Part shown: positions 1-9,206 of the stretch, one piece after another
How the letters are laid out: each line of letters opens with the position of its first letter
How positions within the stretch are numbered: the stretch's first letter is position 1
NCBI GenBank assembly: GCA_963822945.1
Contig: CAWGJO010000020.1
Coordinates: 320,001-384,000 of the forward strand
Source: an uncultured Gemmatimonadaceae bacterium
GTDB lineage: Bacteria; Gemmatimonadota; Gemmatimonadetes; Gemmatimonadales; Gemmatimonadaceae
Direction of reading: 5' to 3'
DNA: 64,000 nucleotides
Program-made: the position numbers and the translations under genes
Notes under the pieces: generated by a model
Told to the model about the DNA's origin: nothing
Database searches by the model: none
The model's input: the letters and a program-made list of their open reading frames with translations, nothing else

Positions 1-2
1 GC

Positions 3-452
3 GCGATGCACGCCGGCGCCGTACCGTGCGGGCTCTCGGCCTGGGATGTGGCGCGCGTCGAGGCGGGACGGCCGGAGTGGGGCATCGACATGGACGACTC
101 CACCCTCACGCAGGAGGCCAACCTCGACGACCTCCAGGCAATCAGCTACACCAAGGGCTGCTACGTGGGCCAGGAAGTCGTGGCGCGGGTGCACTTCAAG
201 GGACACGTGAACCGGCACCTGCGCGGGCTGCGCGTTTCGGGAACGGCGGCGATCCCAACGGGCGCCGCGCTGGAAGACCCGGCCGGCAAGCCGGTGGGCG
301 ACGTGCGGAGTTCCGTCGTCTCACCACGCCTCGGGCCCATCGCCCTGGGCATGGTGCGCCGCGAAGTCGAGCCCGGGACGACGCTCTCGGCGCGGTGGGA
401 GGATGGCGAGGGGCGCGCAGACGTGTGCGCGCTTCCCTTCCCGAACGAATAG
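3..452 (+). CDS. ygfZ: Folate-binding YgfZ/GcvT-family protein, C-terminal part (5' truncated by window)
   Basis: Signature KGCYVGQE, followed by GcvT C-terminal barrel-like sequence (VGDVRSSVVSPRLGPIALGMV). Confidence 0.85.
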   Translation, partial: AMHAGAVPCGLSAWDVARVEAGRPEWGIDMDDSTLTQEANLDDLQAISYTKGCYVGQEVVARVHFKGHVNRHLRGLRVSGTAAIPTGAALEDPAGKPVGDVRSSVVSPRLGPIALGMVRREVEPGTTLSARWEDGEGRADVCALPFPNE

Positions 453-1471
453 TGCGCGCCCTGGTCACCGGGGCCACCGGCATGGTGGGTCACCACATCG
501 CCGAGCGATTGCTTGCCGATGGCTGCCGGGTGCGCGCCATGGTGCGCGATCCCGAAGGCGCCGGCGCCCGTGAACTCTCCGATCTCGGACTCGAGTTGGC
601 TCGGGGCGACGTGCTCGATCAGCCCACGTTCGTGGCGGCGGCCCGCGACTGCGACGTGGTCTTCCACGCCGCCGCGGAGATCATGACCCGCGGGTGGGAG
701 TCGTACCGCGCAGTGAACGTGGATGGAACGCGCAACGCCATCTCGGCCGCCGCCGCAAACGGCGCGCGGCTACTGCAGGTGAGCAGTGTCGCCGTGTACG
801 GGTCGGCCACGCGATACCTGGGAGAGCGTCAGGGCACGAAGACGAGCGAGGATCTGCCGCTCCTGCCACTGCACGAGCGATCGTACTACGCGCGGAGCAA
901 GCGCGAGTCCGAAGCGTTGGTGATGGCCGCCCATGCGTCGGGACGCATCTGGGCCACGGCGGTGCGGCCCGACGTGATCTACGGGCGGTACGACCGACAG
1001 TTCGTGCCGCGAATCGCGCGGCTGCTCCGCTTCGGCATCGTGCCGCTGGTCGGGGGTGGAGGATCGACGCTGGCCGTGGTCCACGCCGCGGCCGTGGCCG
1101 ACGGCGCGGTGCTGGCGGCGACCTCCGACGTCGCCGCCGGGCGTGCCTACAATCTGGCCAACGATTTCGACGTCACCGTGCGCGAGTTCTTCACGTACGG
1201 AGCACGCGGGCTGGGGGTCACCCCGCACTTCATCTCCATGCCGGCCCCGATGGCGCACGGCGGACTTCGCGCAGCCAAGCGACTCGTGCGCGTACTGTCG
1301 TTCGGGCGGGCGCGCCTGGGCGGCGGCACGGCCGTGGACTTCGTGTCCCGCGACAATCCGTTCACTTCAGAGCGTGCTCGTGCCGAATTGGGATGGACAC
1401 CGACGGTCCCTCCCGATGCCGGCGTGGCCGACGCGTTCGCCTGGGCGGCTGCGCGCCGTGCTCGTGCGTGA
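452..1471 (+). CDS. NAD-dependent epimerase/dehydratase (extended SDR)
   Basis: GTG start at 452 overlaps the upstream TAG; Rossmann motif LVTGATGMVG, FHAAA and catalytic YARSK. Confidence 0.9.
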   Translation: MRALVTGATGMVGHHIAERLLADGCRVRAMVRDPEGAGARELSDLGLELARGDVLDQPTFVAAARDCDVVFHAAAEIMTRGWESYRAVNVDGTRNAISAAAANGARLLQVSSVAVYGSATRYLGERQGTKTSEDLPLLPLHERSYYARSKRESEALVMAAHASGRIWATAVRPDVIYGRYDRQFVPRIARLLRFGIVPLVGGGGSTLAVVHAAAVADGAVLAATSDVAAGRAYNLANDFDVTVREFFTYGARGLGVTPHFISMPAPMAHGGLRAAKRLVRVLSFGRARLGGGTAVDFVSRDNPFTSERARAELGWTPTVPPDAGVADAFAWAAARRARA

Positions 1472-1473
1472 AT

Positions 1474-1510
1474 GCGAACGGGCGCGACCCGTAAGGTCGC
1501 GCCCGTTCGC
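1474..1510. terminator. Strong hairpin between convergent genes (likely bidirectional terminator)
   Basis: Perfect 16-bp stem GCGAACGGGCGCGACC / GGTCGCGCCCGTTCGC with 5-nt loop CGTAA, directly after the SDR stop; no clear U tract. Confidence 0.7.
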
Positions 1511-1533
1511 GTGATCGGCATCAAGAAGAGCGA

Positions 1534-1743
1534 TTACGGCTTCTTCTTCGTGTCCATCGCCTTCATCGACGTGTCCTTATTCGTCGAATCCATCTTCATG
1601 CCGGTGTCCGCCTTCATCGCCGAGCTGTCGCTCATGGCGGGAGCCGCCTGCTTCATCGCGGCGCCGGTATCGGCGGCGGGCTTCGCCTGCGACGAGCAGG
1701 CAGCAACCGCGAACATCGCGGCAATCAGGGCCAAGCGCTTCAT
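1534..1743 (-). CDS. Small Met/Lys/Asp-rich lipoprotein (69 aa)
   Basis: ATG at 1743 preceded by AGGAG; signal MKRLALIAAMFAVAAC with lipobox; low-complexity MKAD/MKMD-type mature part. Confidence 0.8.
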   Translation of the reverse strand: MKRLALIAAMFAVAACSSQAKPAADTGAAMKQAAPAMSDSSAMKADTGMKMDSTNKDTSMKAMDTKKKP

Positions 1744-1831
1744 TAGCAATCTCCTGGGATAGCTGGGGTGAACGAGAGGCGCGCAGCACCGTTGCACGCA
1801 ACGGAAAGGTGCTCGTGCTCTTGCGGCATTC

Positions 1832-1859
1832 AACATATGGAACCGGTTGGGCCTGTCAA
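1832..1859 (-). promoter_or_regulatory. Sigma70-type promoter for the lipoprotein gene
   Basis: Minus strand reads TTGACA-16 nt-TATGTT, about 90 nt upstream of the ATG. Confidence 0.6.
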
Positions 1860-2119
1860 TAGATGGTGCTGGCGCTCAAGTGACTACCCCACAACGGGTT
1901 CGTTGATCGCAGCAGCCGGGCGTATGACATTGAATATGGGCCGCGTCCGGCAGCCACCGTGCGCTGCCTCGGCAGCAAACCCCCATGCGCACAACGCGTT
2001 ACCAACATTAAGAAACCTTCGCAGACGTCGAGCGCCGTCGGGATGCGGAGCCGGCGTTGCCCGCCGGCCGCCGCCCCCTAGCTTTGAATTCCACCACCTG
2101 CCGCCACTCCGCCCATCCG

Positions 2120-4232
2120 ATGGCTGCCTCTCTGCCCCGAAGCCAGATCATGGAACTCCAGCAGCACGGGATCGTGCGGGGCGCATGCCCGCACGATTGC
2201 CCCGACACCTGCGCAATGCTGGTGACCGTGGAGCAGGGCCGCGCGACGCGCGTGGCCGGCGACCCGGAGCATCCCTTCACCAACGGCTTTCTGTGTGCCA
2301 AGGTGAACCGCTACGTGGAGCGCACGTACCACCGGGATCGCGTGCTCCGGCCGCTCCGACGCGTGGGAACCAAAGGAAGCGGGAAGTTCGAACCGGTGAC
2401 GTGGGACGACGCGCTCGACGCGATCGCGGGCCGGCTGAGCGCGATCGCCCGTTCGTCCGACGGCCCGCAGGCGATTCTCCCGTACTCGTACGCCGGCACG
2501 ATGGGCATGCTCCAGGGATCGTCCATGGACCGCCGGTTCTTCCACCTGCTGGGGGCATCGAAGCTCGACCGTACGATCTGTTCGATGGCCGGCACCATGG
2601 GCATGCGGATGACGATCGGGGCCAACATCGGTGCCGATGCGGAGGGGATTCCCGAGAGCGACCTCGTGCTGCTGTGGGGCACGAACACGCTCACCTCCAA
2701 TCCGCACCTCTGGCCGTTCGTAGCCCGGGCCCGCGAACGCGGAGCACGCGTGATCGCCATCGACCCGATCCGGACGCGGACCGCCGCCCAGTGCGATGAA
2801 TGGATCGGGATCCGGCCCGGCACGGACGCCGCGCTCGCGCTCGGTATGTTGCACGTGATCTTTGCCCGCGGACTCGACGACGCGGACTATCTCAAGCGGC
2901 ACACGCTGGGCGAAGCCGCGCTGCGCGAGCGCGCGGCCGAGTACGCGCCGTCACGCGTGGCCGAGATTACGGGCCTCGACGCCGCGACCATCGAGCGGCT
3001 CGCCGAGACGTTCGGGCGCGCACGCGCGGCGTTCATCCGCGTGAACTACGGCCTCCAGCGCCATGCCGGAGGCGGCATGGCGGTGCGCACCATTGCGTGC
3101 CTCCCGGCCGTGACCGGCCACTGGCGCCGGGCCGGCGGTGGCGTTCAACTGTCGACGAGCGCGAACTTCCAGTTCGATAAGCGGGCGCTCGAGCGCCCCG
3201 ACCTCTCGCCGCCGGTGCGCACCGTCAACATGATCCGGCTGGGGGAGGCCCTGACACAGCCCGACGCCGGCGTCGGCGGCCCGCCCGTACGCGCGTTGGT
3301 GGTCTACAACTCGAATCCGGCATCGGTGGCGCCCGACCGCAACGCCGTGTTGCGCGGACTGGCACGCGAGGACCTGTTCACGGTGGTGCTCGAACACTTC
3401 CAGACCGACACCGCCGACTGGGCCGACTACATCCTGCCGGCCACGACGCAGTTGGAGCACTGGGACGTCCACCTGGCATACGGGCATCACTACGTGACGC
3501 TCAATCGGCCGTCCATCGCGCCGCTGGGCGAGGCGCTGCCGAACACCGAGATCTTCCGCCGGCTGGCCGGCCGCATGGGCATGACCCACGACTCACTGCG
3601 CGACGACGACCTCACGCTCATCGCCCAGGCCCTGGCCTCGCAGAGCGAGAAGCTGCACGGCGTCGACGTTCGAGCGGCTGCTCGAGCGGGGTTGGATGCG
3701 ACTCAACGTGCCGACGCCGTACCTGCCCTTTGCGGACGGCGGCTTTCCGACGCCGAGCGGCAAGTGCGAGTTCTTCTCCGCGCGCATGCAGGAAATGGGG
3801 CTTGATCCGCTGCCGACGTACACGCCCCCATACGAAAGCCCCGAGCGGGCGCCCGATCTGTCGGCGCGCTACCCGCTGGTGCTCATCTCGTCGCCGGCGC
3901 ACCAGTTCCTGAATTCGACGTTCGTGAACGTGGACACCCTGCGCCGCGGCGCGCGCGAGCCCGAATGCGTGCTGCATCCGGTGGACGCGCAGCGCCGCGG
4001 CATCGCGGCGGGTATGCGCGTGATCCTGCACAACGACCGTGGATCCTTCACCGCCACGGCCCGCGTGGAGGATTCCATCCGCGAGGGCGTGGTGTGGGCC
4101 CCGTCGATCTGGTGGGGCAAACTCACGGCCGACGGTGCAAACGCCAATCAGACCACTTCACAGCGGGAGACGGACATGGGGCACGGCCCCGTGTTCTACG
4201 ACAACCGGATCGAGGTTTACGCGGCCGACTGA
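2120..4232 (+). CDS. Molybdopterin-dependent oxidoreductase (DMSO reductase superfamily); apparent frameshift near 3666
   Basis: 4Fe-4S motif CPHDCPDTC...[16 protein letters not shown]-terminal molybdopterin-binding domain (FLNSTF, LHPVDA) in ORF 3696..4232. One extra base at about 3666 links the two frames. Alternative start at 2150. Confidence 0.88.
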
Positions 4233-4293
4233 TCCGCCCCTTGCGCCACCCGCCGATGCTTTGCTGATTCCGAACAACACACCGGAGTCGCCC

Positions 4294-5763
4294 GTGACGA
4301 AACTTCCCGAGACCCTCGGCGCCCTCAAGCGCTCGCCATACGGCGTCCCCGACCGTGCCCTGCGTTCGGTCAAGGACGAGATGCGCGAGAACCTCCTGGC
4401 CCGCCTCTGCACCGACGGCCCATTGTTCGAAGGGGTGCTCGGCTACGAAGACACCGTGATGCCGCAGATCGTGAACGCGATCCTCTCGCGGCACAACTTC
4501 ATTCTCCTGGGCCTGCGCGGCCAGGCCAAGTCGCGCATCCTGCGCGCCCTCACCACCCTGCTCGACGACGCGATGCCGATCGTGGCCGGGAGCGAGGTGA
4601 ACGACAATCCGTTCGCGCCCATCTCCAAGCACGCGCGGATGCTGATCACCGAAGCCGGCGACGACACGCCGATCGCCTGGGTCGGTCGCGAGAACCGGTA
4701 CGTCGAGAAGCTGGCCACGCCCGACGTGACGATCGCCGACCTGATCGGCGATCTCGATCCGATCAAGGCGGCGCGCGGCGGGCACCTGCTCTCGGACGAA
4801 CTCACGATTCACTACGGCATGCTGCCGCGCGCCAACCGCGGCATTTTCGCGCTCAACGAACTCCCGGACCTCGCGGGCAAGGTGCAGGTCGGTCTGTTCA
4901 ACGTCATGCAGGAAGGGGACGTGCAGATCAAGGGCTATCCGGTGCGGCTGTCGCTGGACGTGCAGCTCTGCTTCACGGCCAATCCGGAGGACTACACGGC
5001 GCGCGGCAAGATCATCACGCCGCTCAAGGACCGGATCGGCAGCGAGATCCTCACGCACTATCCGGAAACCGTGGAGCTCGGGGTGGAGATCACGCGCCAG
5101 GAGGCCTGGACCAAGCGTGGCCACCGCCCGGTGCGCATTCCCGACTTCGTCGCCGAGCTGGTGGAGCGGGTCGCCTTCGAGGCCCGCGCCGACCGGCGCG
5201 TGGACAAGCGATCGGGCGTGTCGCAGCGCATGCCGATCACGGTGCTCGAGAACGTCGTGTCCAACGCCGAGCGACGGGCGGTGAGCACGGGCGAGGAGGA
5301 GATCGTACCGCGCGTGTCGGACGTGTACGCGGCCCTGCCCGCCATCACCGGCAAGCTCGAACTCGAATACGAGGGCGAGCTGGTGGGCGGCGCCACGATC
5401 GCGCGCGAACTCATCCGCAAGGCGGCCGACGAGACGTTCGAGGAGCGGGCCGGCGGCGCCAACGTGGACGAGATCGTGATGTGGTTCGACGAGGGCGGGG
5501 CGTTGCAGGTGGCGGACGACGCGAAGGCGGACGTCGTCCTGCAGGGGTTCGACGTGGTCCCCGATCTGGTGAACATCGTGCACCACACCGGGCTCTCCCC
5601 CGACGACGATCCCGCGCAGGCGGTCGCCGGGTGCGAGCTGGTGCTCGAAGCGTTGGTGGCCCGCCGCCGGATTTCGCGCAGCGACGGCGGCCGGTACACG
5701 CGCGCCGTGACGGAGCAGCGCCGCCGGCCCAATCAGGACTTCTTCGGCGGCGGACTCGGCTAG
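4294..5763 (+). CDS. AAA+ ATPase, magnesium chelatase/MoxR-related
   Basis: Variant Walker A GLRGQAKS; KLATPDVTIADLIGDLDP; NELPDL; TANPEDYT; GTG start at 4294. Confidence 0.85.
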   Translation: MTKLPETLGALKRSPYGVPDRALRSVKDEMRENLLARLCTDGPLFEGVLGYEDTVMPQIVNAILSRHNFILLGLRGQAKSRILRALTTLLDDAMPIVAGSEVNDNPFAPISKHARMLITEAGDDTPIAWVGRENRYVEKLATPDVTIADLIGDLDPIKAARGGHLLSDELTIHYGMLPRANRGIFALNELPDLAGKVQVGLFNVMQEGDVQIKGYPVRLSLDVQLCFTANPEDYTARGKIITPLKDRIGSEILTHYPETVELGVEITRQEAWTKRGHRPVRIPDFVAELVERVAFEARADRRVDKRSGVSQRMPITVLENVVSNAERRAVSTGEEEIVPRVSDVYAALPAITGKLELEYEGELVGGATIARELIRKAADETFEERAGGANVDEIVMWFDEGGALQVADDAKADVVLQGFDVVPDLVNIVHHTGLSPDDDPAQAVAGCELVLEALVARRRISRSDGGRYTRAVTEQRRRPNQDFFGGGLG

Positions 5764-5772
5764 GCGCCTCCG

Positions 5773-6276
5773 ATGACCACCACCAGGGCCGAACACGGCG
5801 TGGAGGTCCACGTGCGCCACGCGCTCGCCGACGATCTCGACACCGTCGTTTCGCTCCGTCTCGCCCTGGTTCGCGAGTACGAAGGCCACGCCGTGTACGG
5901 CCAACTCCACCCGAAGGCGGAGTCCCGCGCCCCACGGCTGTGCGAGGAGCAGCTGGCCTCGTCGCGCGACGCGTTCTTTCTCGCCGAGTGCGACGGCGCG
6001 GTGGTCGGACTCCTCCGCTGCACCGAGTCACACGCATCGCCGCTGCTGCTGCCCGAGCGATTCGCGTACGTCTCGTCAGCGTACGTGGTGCCGGCCTGGC
6101 GCCGGCGCGGCGTGCTGCGCGCCCTGCTCGCCCGCGCGGAGCGCTGGTGCGCCGCCCGCGGACTCACCGAGATGCGCCTGCACAACGTGCCGGGAGGCGT
6201 GGCCGCCGCCGCGTGGGCGGCGCTGGACTTCGCGATGGTCGAGGAAGTGCGCACCCGCAGGCTGCCGGCGCGGTAG
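5773..6276 (+). CDS. GNAT family N-acetyltransferase
   Basis: Acetyl-CoA binding motif YVVPAWRRRGVLRALL. Confidence 0.8.
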   Translation: MTTTRAEHGVEVHVRHALADDLDTVVSLRLALVREYEGHAVYGQLHPKAESRAPRLCEEQLASSRDAFFLAECDGAVVGLLRCTESHASPLLLPERFAYVSSAYVVPAWRRRGVLRALLARAERWCAARGLTEMRLHNVPGGVAAAAWAALDFAMVEEVRTRRLPAR

Positions 6277-6279
6277 CCC

Positions 6280-6900
6280 ATGGCCATCGTCACCATCTCG
6301 CGAATGTACGGCTCGGGCGGGTCGCTGGTGGCCCGCCGCGTGGCCGACGCGCTCGGCTGGGACCTGCTCGACAACGGCGTCGTGGATGCCGTGGCGGAGC
6401 GGCTCGGCCTCTCGGTCGCCGAGGTCTCCGCCCATGAGGAGCGGGTGCCGTCGCTGGTGGAGCGCCTGGCGTCGGCATTGACGCTCAGCGTTCCCGAAAT
6501 GCTTCCCGTGGTCGACACGACTCTGGCGCCCACCGAGGAGCGGATCGTGGCGGTGACGCGTGCCGTCATCGAGGAAGCGGTGCAGACGGGGCATGCCGTG
6601 CTCGTCGGCCGCGGCGCCCAGTGCGTGCTGGCCAACCGCCCCGACGCGTTGCACGTGTTCTGCTACGCGCCGCGGCGCGCGCTCGCGGCGTTCGTGATGA
6701 GCGAGCGCGGCGTGTCGAACGAAGAGGCGCTGCGCGTCGTGGACACCATGAACCACCAGCGCGAACAGTACGTCAAGCAGCACTGGCACCGGGAATGGCG
6801 CGCCGAGGAGAACTACGATCTGTGCGTCAACACGGGGACGCTGGGAATCGAGGGCGCGGCGCGCATGGTGATCGCGTTGGCGCGCGATCGCTTCGAGTAG
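6280..6900 (+). CDS. Cytidylate kinase-like family protein
   Basis: IVTISRMYGSGG, VLVGRGA and YDLCVNT motifs. Confidence 0.85.
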   Translation: MAIVTISRMYGSGGSLVARRVADALGWDLLDNGVVDAVAERLGLSVAEVSAHEERVPSLVERLASALTLSVPEMLPVVDTTLAPTEERIVAVTRAVIEEAVQTGHAVLVGRGAQCVLANRPDALHVFCYAPRRALAAFVMSERGVSNEEALRVVDTMNHQREQYVKQHWHREWRAEENYDLCVNTGTLGIEGAARMVIALARDRFE

Positions 6901-8030
6901 ACCGGCCCGCCTGCGCCGCTCACGCCGACGGCGCCGCGTTCTCCCCGAGCCGCTGCCAGCCGTCGCTCCACGTCATCGGGTACGAGCAGGTCGTCCGAGA
7001 TCGCGGCGATCTCTTCCGCCTCCTTCCACGCCGCTTCCAGCATCGCGAGTTCGCCCTCGAGCGCGCGGCGCTCGACGTCCTCGTGCGCCGACATCTCGAG
7101 CGCGAGGGAGATCGCGGTCGGCAGTGCGCTGAACGGGACCCCGCCATTGGGGGTGATGACCGTGGGCGACCCGTGCTCGCGCGCCTGGCGGGCGAACAGG
7201 TCGCCAGGATCGGGGTGCCGGGTCAGCACCTCCACCGCATCGCGCACGACCGCGCGGCGCGCGCCCTTCTCGTTGACGGCGGGCAGGACCTTTCTCGCGG
7301 CGGCGAGCGCGGCGTCGCCGGTGAGTTCCATCTCGATCATCCCGTCGGAATTGCGAATGCCGGGCTTCCACTCGCGGGGTGAACGGACCGGGATGAGCGC
7401 CTCGAGAATGGCGGGGCGGTCGCTGACGGCGAGCCGCATCGACCACCCGTCCGGTCCCGCAGGCACCAGCCGGATCCAGGGCATGTGGCGCCGCCGGAGT
7501 GGAAACTGCTCGCCCGTTTCGGGATCGGCGACCCGGGCCCGGATCCGGCGGCCATTGTGGACGTGACGCGCGAAGTTGAGCCCGTCGAGTGCCAACATCG
7601 GTGCGACACCGCCGAGCAGTCCCGCCATCGGTCCCGCCGCCACGTATGCGGCGATGAAGACGGCCGACGCACCGATGCGCACGACCTTGCGCCTGCGGCG
7701 TCGCCCGAACTGATCGCCGTAACGCCACGCCGCCATCTCGGGCCGCTGCGCCGCGCCGATGCGCACCAGTTCGAGTCCCTCACGTACCCGGGCCAACCCG
7801 ATGTTGTCGGTGGAGGCGCGAAGCCGCGTGTCCCGGTACAGGCGTTCGCACTCCTCGATCGCCTCCCACCGCTCCTCGAGCGGCGTGAGGTTCCAGCGCT
7901 CGCAGTGCCGGCAGATCACCCAGAGCCGCCCCTTATCGGCATCGAACGCGAGGCGGCGACCGACCGGAAAGCGCTCGATGACTTCGTTGGCCCCGAGGCC
8001 CTGATTGCAGAACAGGCAGGTGGAGTACAC
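6813..8030 (-). CDS. Uncharacterised Zn-ribbon + membrane-segment protein, paralogue 2 (true stop may be near 6920)
   Basis: CxxC...CxxC N-terminus nearly identical to the upstream paralogue; hydrophobic stretch after GRRRRR; C-terminal LALEMSAHED...LEAAWKEAEEIA. Reading to 6813 overlaps the convergent gene by 88 bp. Confidence 0.75.
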   Translation of the reverse strand: MYSTCLFCNQGLGANEVIERFPVGRRLAFDADKGRLWVICRHCERWNLTPLEERWEAIEECERLYRDTRLRASTDNIGLARVREGLELVRIGAAQRPEMAAWRYGDQFGRRRRRKVVRIGASAVFIAAYVAAGPMAGLLGGVAPMLALDGLNFARHVHNGRRIRARVADPETGEQFPLRRRHMPWIRLVPAGPDGWSMRLAVSDRPAILEALIPVRSPREWKPGIRNSDGMIEMELTGDAALAAARKVLPAVNEKGARRAVVRDAVEVLTRHPDPGDLFARQAREHGSPTVITPNGGVPFSALPTAISLALEMSAHEDVERRALEGELAMLEAAWKEAEEIAAISDDLLVPDDVERRLAAARGERGAVGVSGAGGPVYSKRSRANAITMRAAPSIPSVPVLTHRS

Positions 8031-8033
8031 GAC

Positions 8034-9140
8034 TCAGATTTTCCGCTTGAGACGGGCGAACCAGGTCTCCACTTCGGCCGGGAGCAGCAGGTTGTCGGAG
8101 ATGTGGGCGATCTCGTCGGCTTCCTTCCACGCCGCCTCGAGCATGGCCAGCTCGCCCTCGAGGGCGCGGCGCTCGGCGTCCTCGTGGGCGGACATCTCGA
8201 GCGCCAGCCGGATGGGCTTGGGGATCTGCTTGATGATGCGCCCCTTTTCGGTGAGCGAGGCGGGCGTGAGCAGGCCGCTGCGCGTCTGAGTGGCGAAGAA
8301 GCGCCCGGGATCGGCGTCCTCCTCGATCAGTTTCACGGCGCGCTGCACGTCGTCCTTCGCAGCACCACTGGCGTTGATCTTGGGCAGGATCTTCCCGGCG
8401 ATCCGGACCGCCTCGTCGCCGACGAACACGGCACTCGTGCGCCGCCCCCGCTTCCCGTGGCGGACGATGCGCGGCGGCGGCGGATCGCCCGGCCGGCCCG
8501 GCGTGCTCGGCAGTTTGAATCGCTTGGGAGCGATGGGCACGCGGAGCGCCCACCCCAGTTCGTTGTCATCGCGGATCAGGTTGACCTTGACCACGTGCTC
8601 CGCGTCGAGCACATACGGCTTGTCCATCCACGGCATCGGCAGCTTCACGCGACCGAACGCGCGTCGGTACAGCTGCGCGAACAGCTGCGGCGTCTGGCCC
8701 AGGAACCCCGCACCCCCGATCGCGTACAGGCCAAGCGCGGGGCCGACGATGTAGACGCCCGCAACCGCTGCCGCCCCGACACCCGCATAGGTATAGTAGC
8801 GGCGGCGCCGGCGCCCGAACTGATCGCCATAGCGCCACGCCGCCATCTCGGGGCGATGCGGGCGCCCGATGCGCACCAGTTCCAGCCCTTCGCTCACGCG
8901 CGCGAGTCCGATGTTGTCGGTGGACGCACGGAGCTTGGTGTCGCGGTACTGCCGTTCGCATTCCTCGATCGCTTCCCAGCGCTCGTCGAGCGGGCTCAGG
9001 TTCCAGCGCTCGCACTTTCGGCACACGACCCACAGCCTGCCCTTCTCGGAGTCGAACGCAAGCCGCCGTCCGATCGGAAAGTGCTCGATGACCTCATTGG
9101 TGCCGAGGTTGGAGTTGCAGAAGATGCAGGTCGAATACAT
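8034..9140 (-). CDS. Uncharacterised Zn-ribbon + membrane-segment protein, paralogue 1
   Basis: MYSTCIFC...VCRKCERWNL; Gly/Ala-rich hydrophobic hairpin; C-terminal acidic helix shared with paralogue 2. Confidence 0.8.
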   Translation of the reverse strand: MYSTCIFCNSNLGTNEVIEHFPIGRRLAFDSEKGRLWVVCRKCERWNLSPLDERWEAIEECERQYRDTKLRASTDNIGLARVSEGLELVRIGRPHRPEMAAWRYGDQFGRRRRRYYTYAGVGAAAVAGVYIVGPALGLYAIGGAGFLGQTPQLFAQLYRRAFGRVKLPMPWMDKPYVLDAEHVVKVNLIRDDNELGWALRVPIAPKRFKLPSTPGRPGDPPPPRIVRHGKRGRRTSAVFVGDEAVRIAGKILPKINASGAAKDDVQRAVKLIEEDADPGRFFATQTRSGLLTPASLTEKGRIIKQIPKPIRLALEMSAHEDAERRALEGELAMLEAAWKEADEIAHISDNLLLPAEVETWFARLKRKI

Positions 9141-9206
9141 GTGGGACGGCGTTGGAGGAGCACCGACGGCCGGCGAGTGGAGGGTCCTCAGCGGCCAGTC
9201 TACAGT

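Noticed and set aside
1860..2119. Molybdenum-cofactor riboswitch upstream of the molybdoenzyme
   Set aside because: I could not identify the expected conserved stems by eye; an Rfam scan would be needed.
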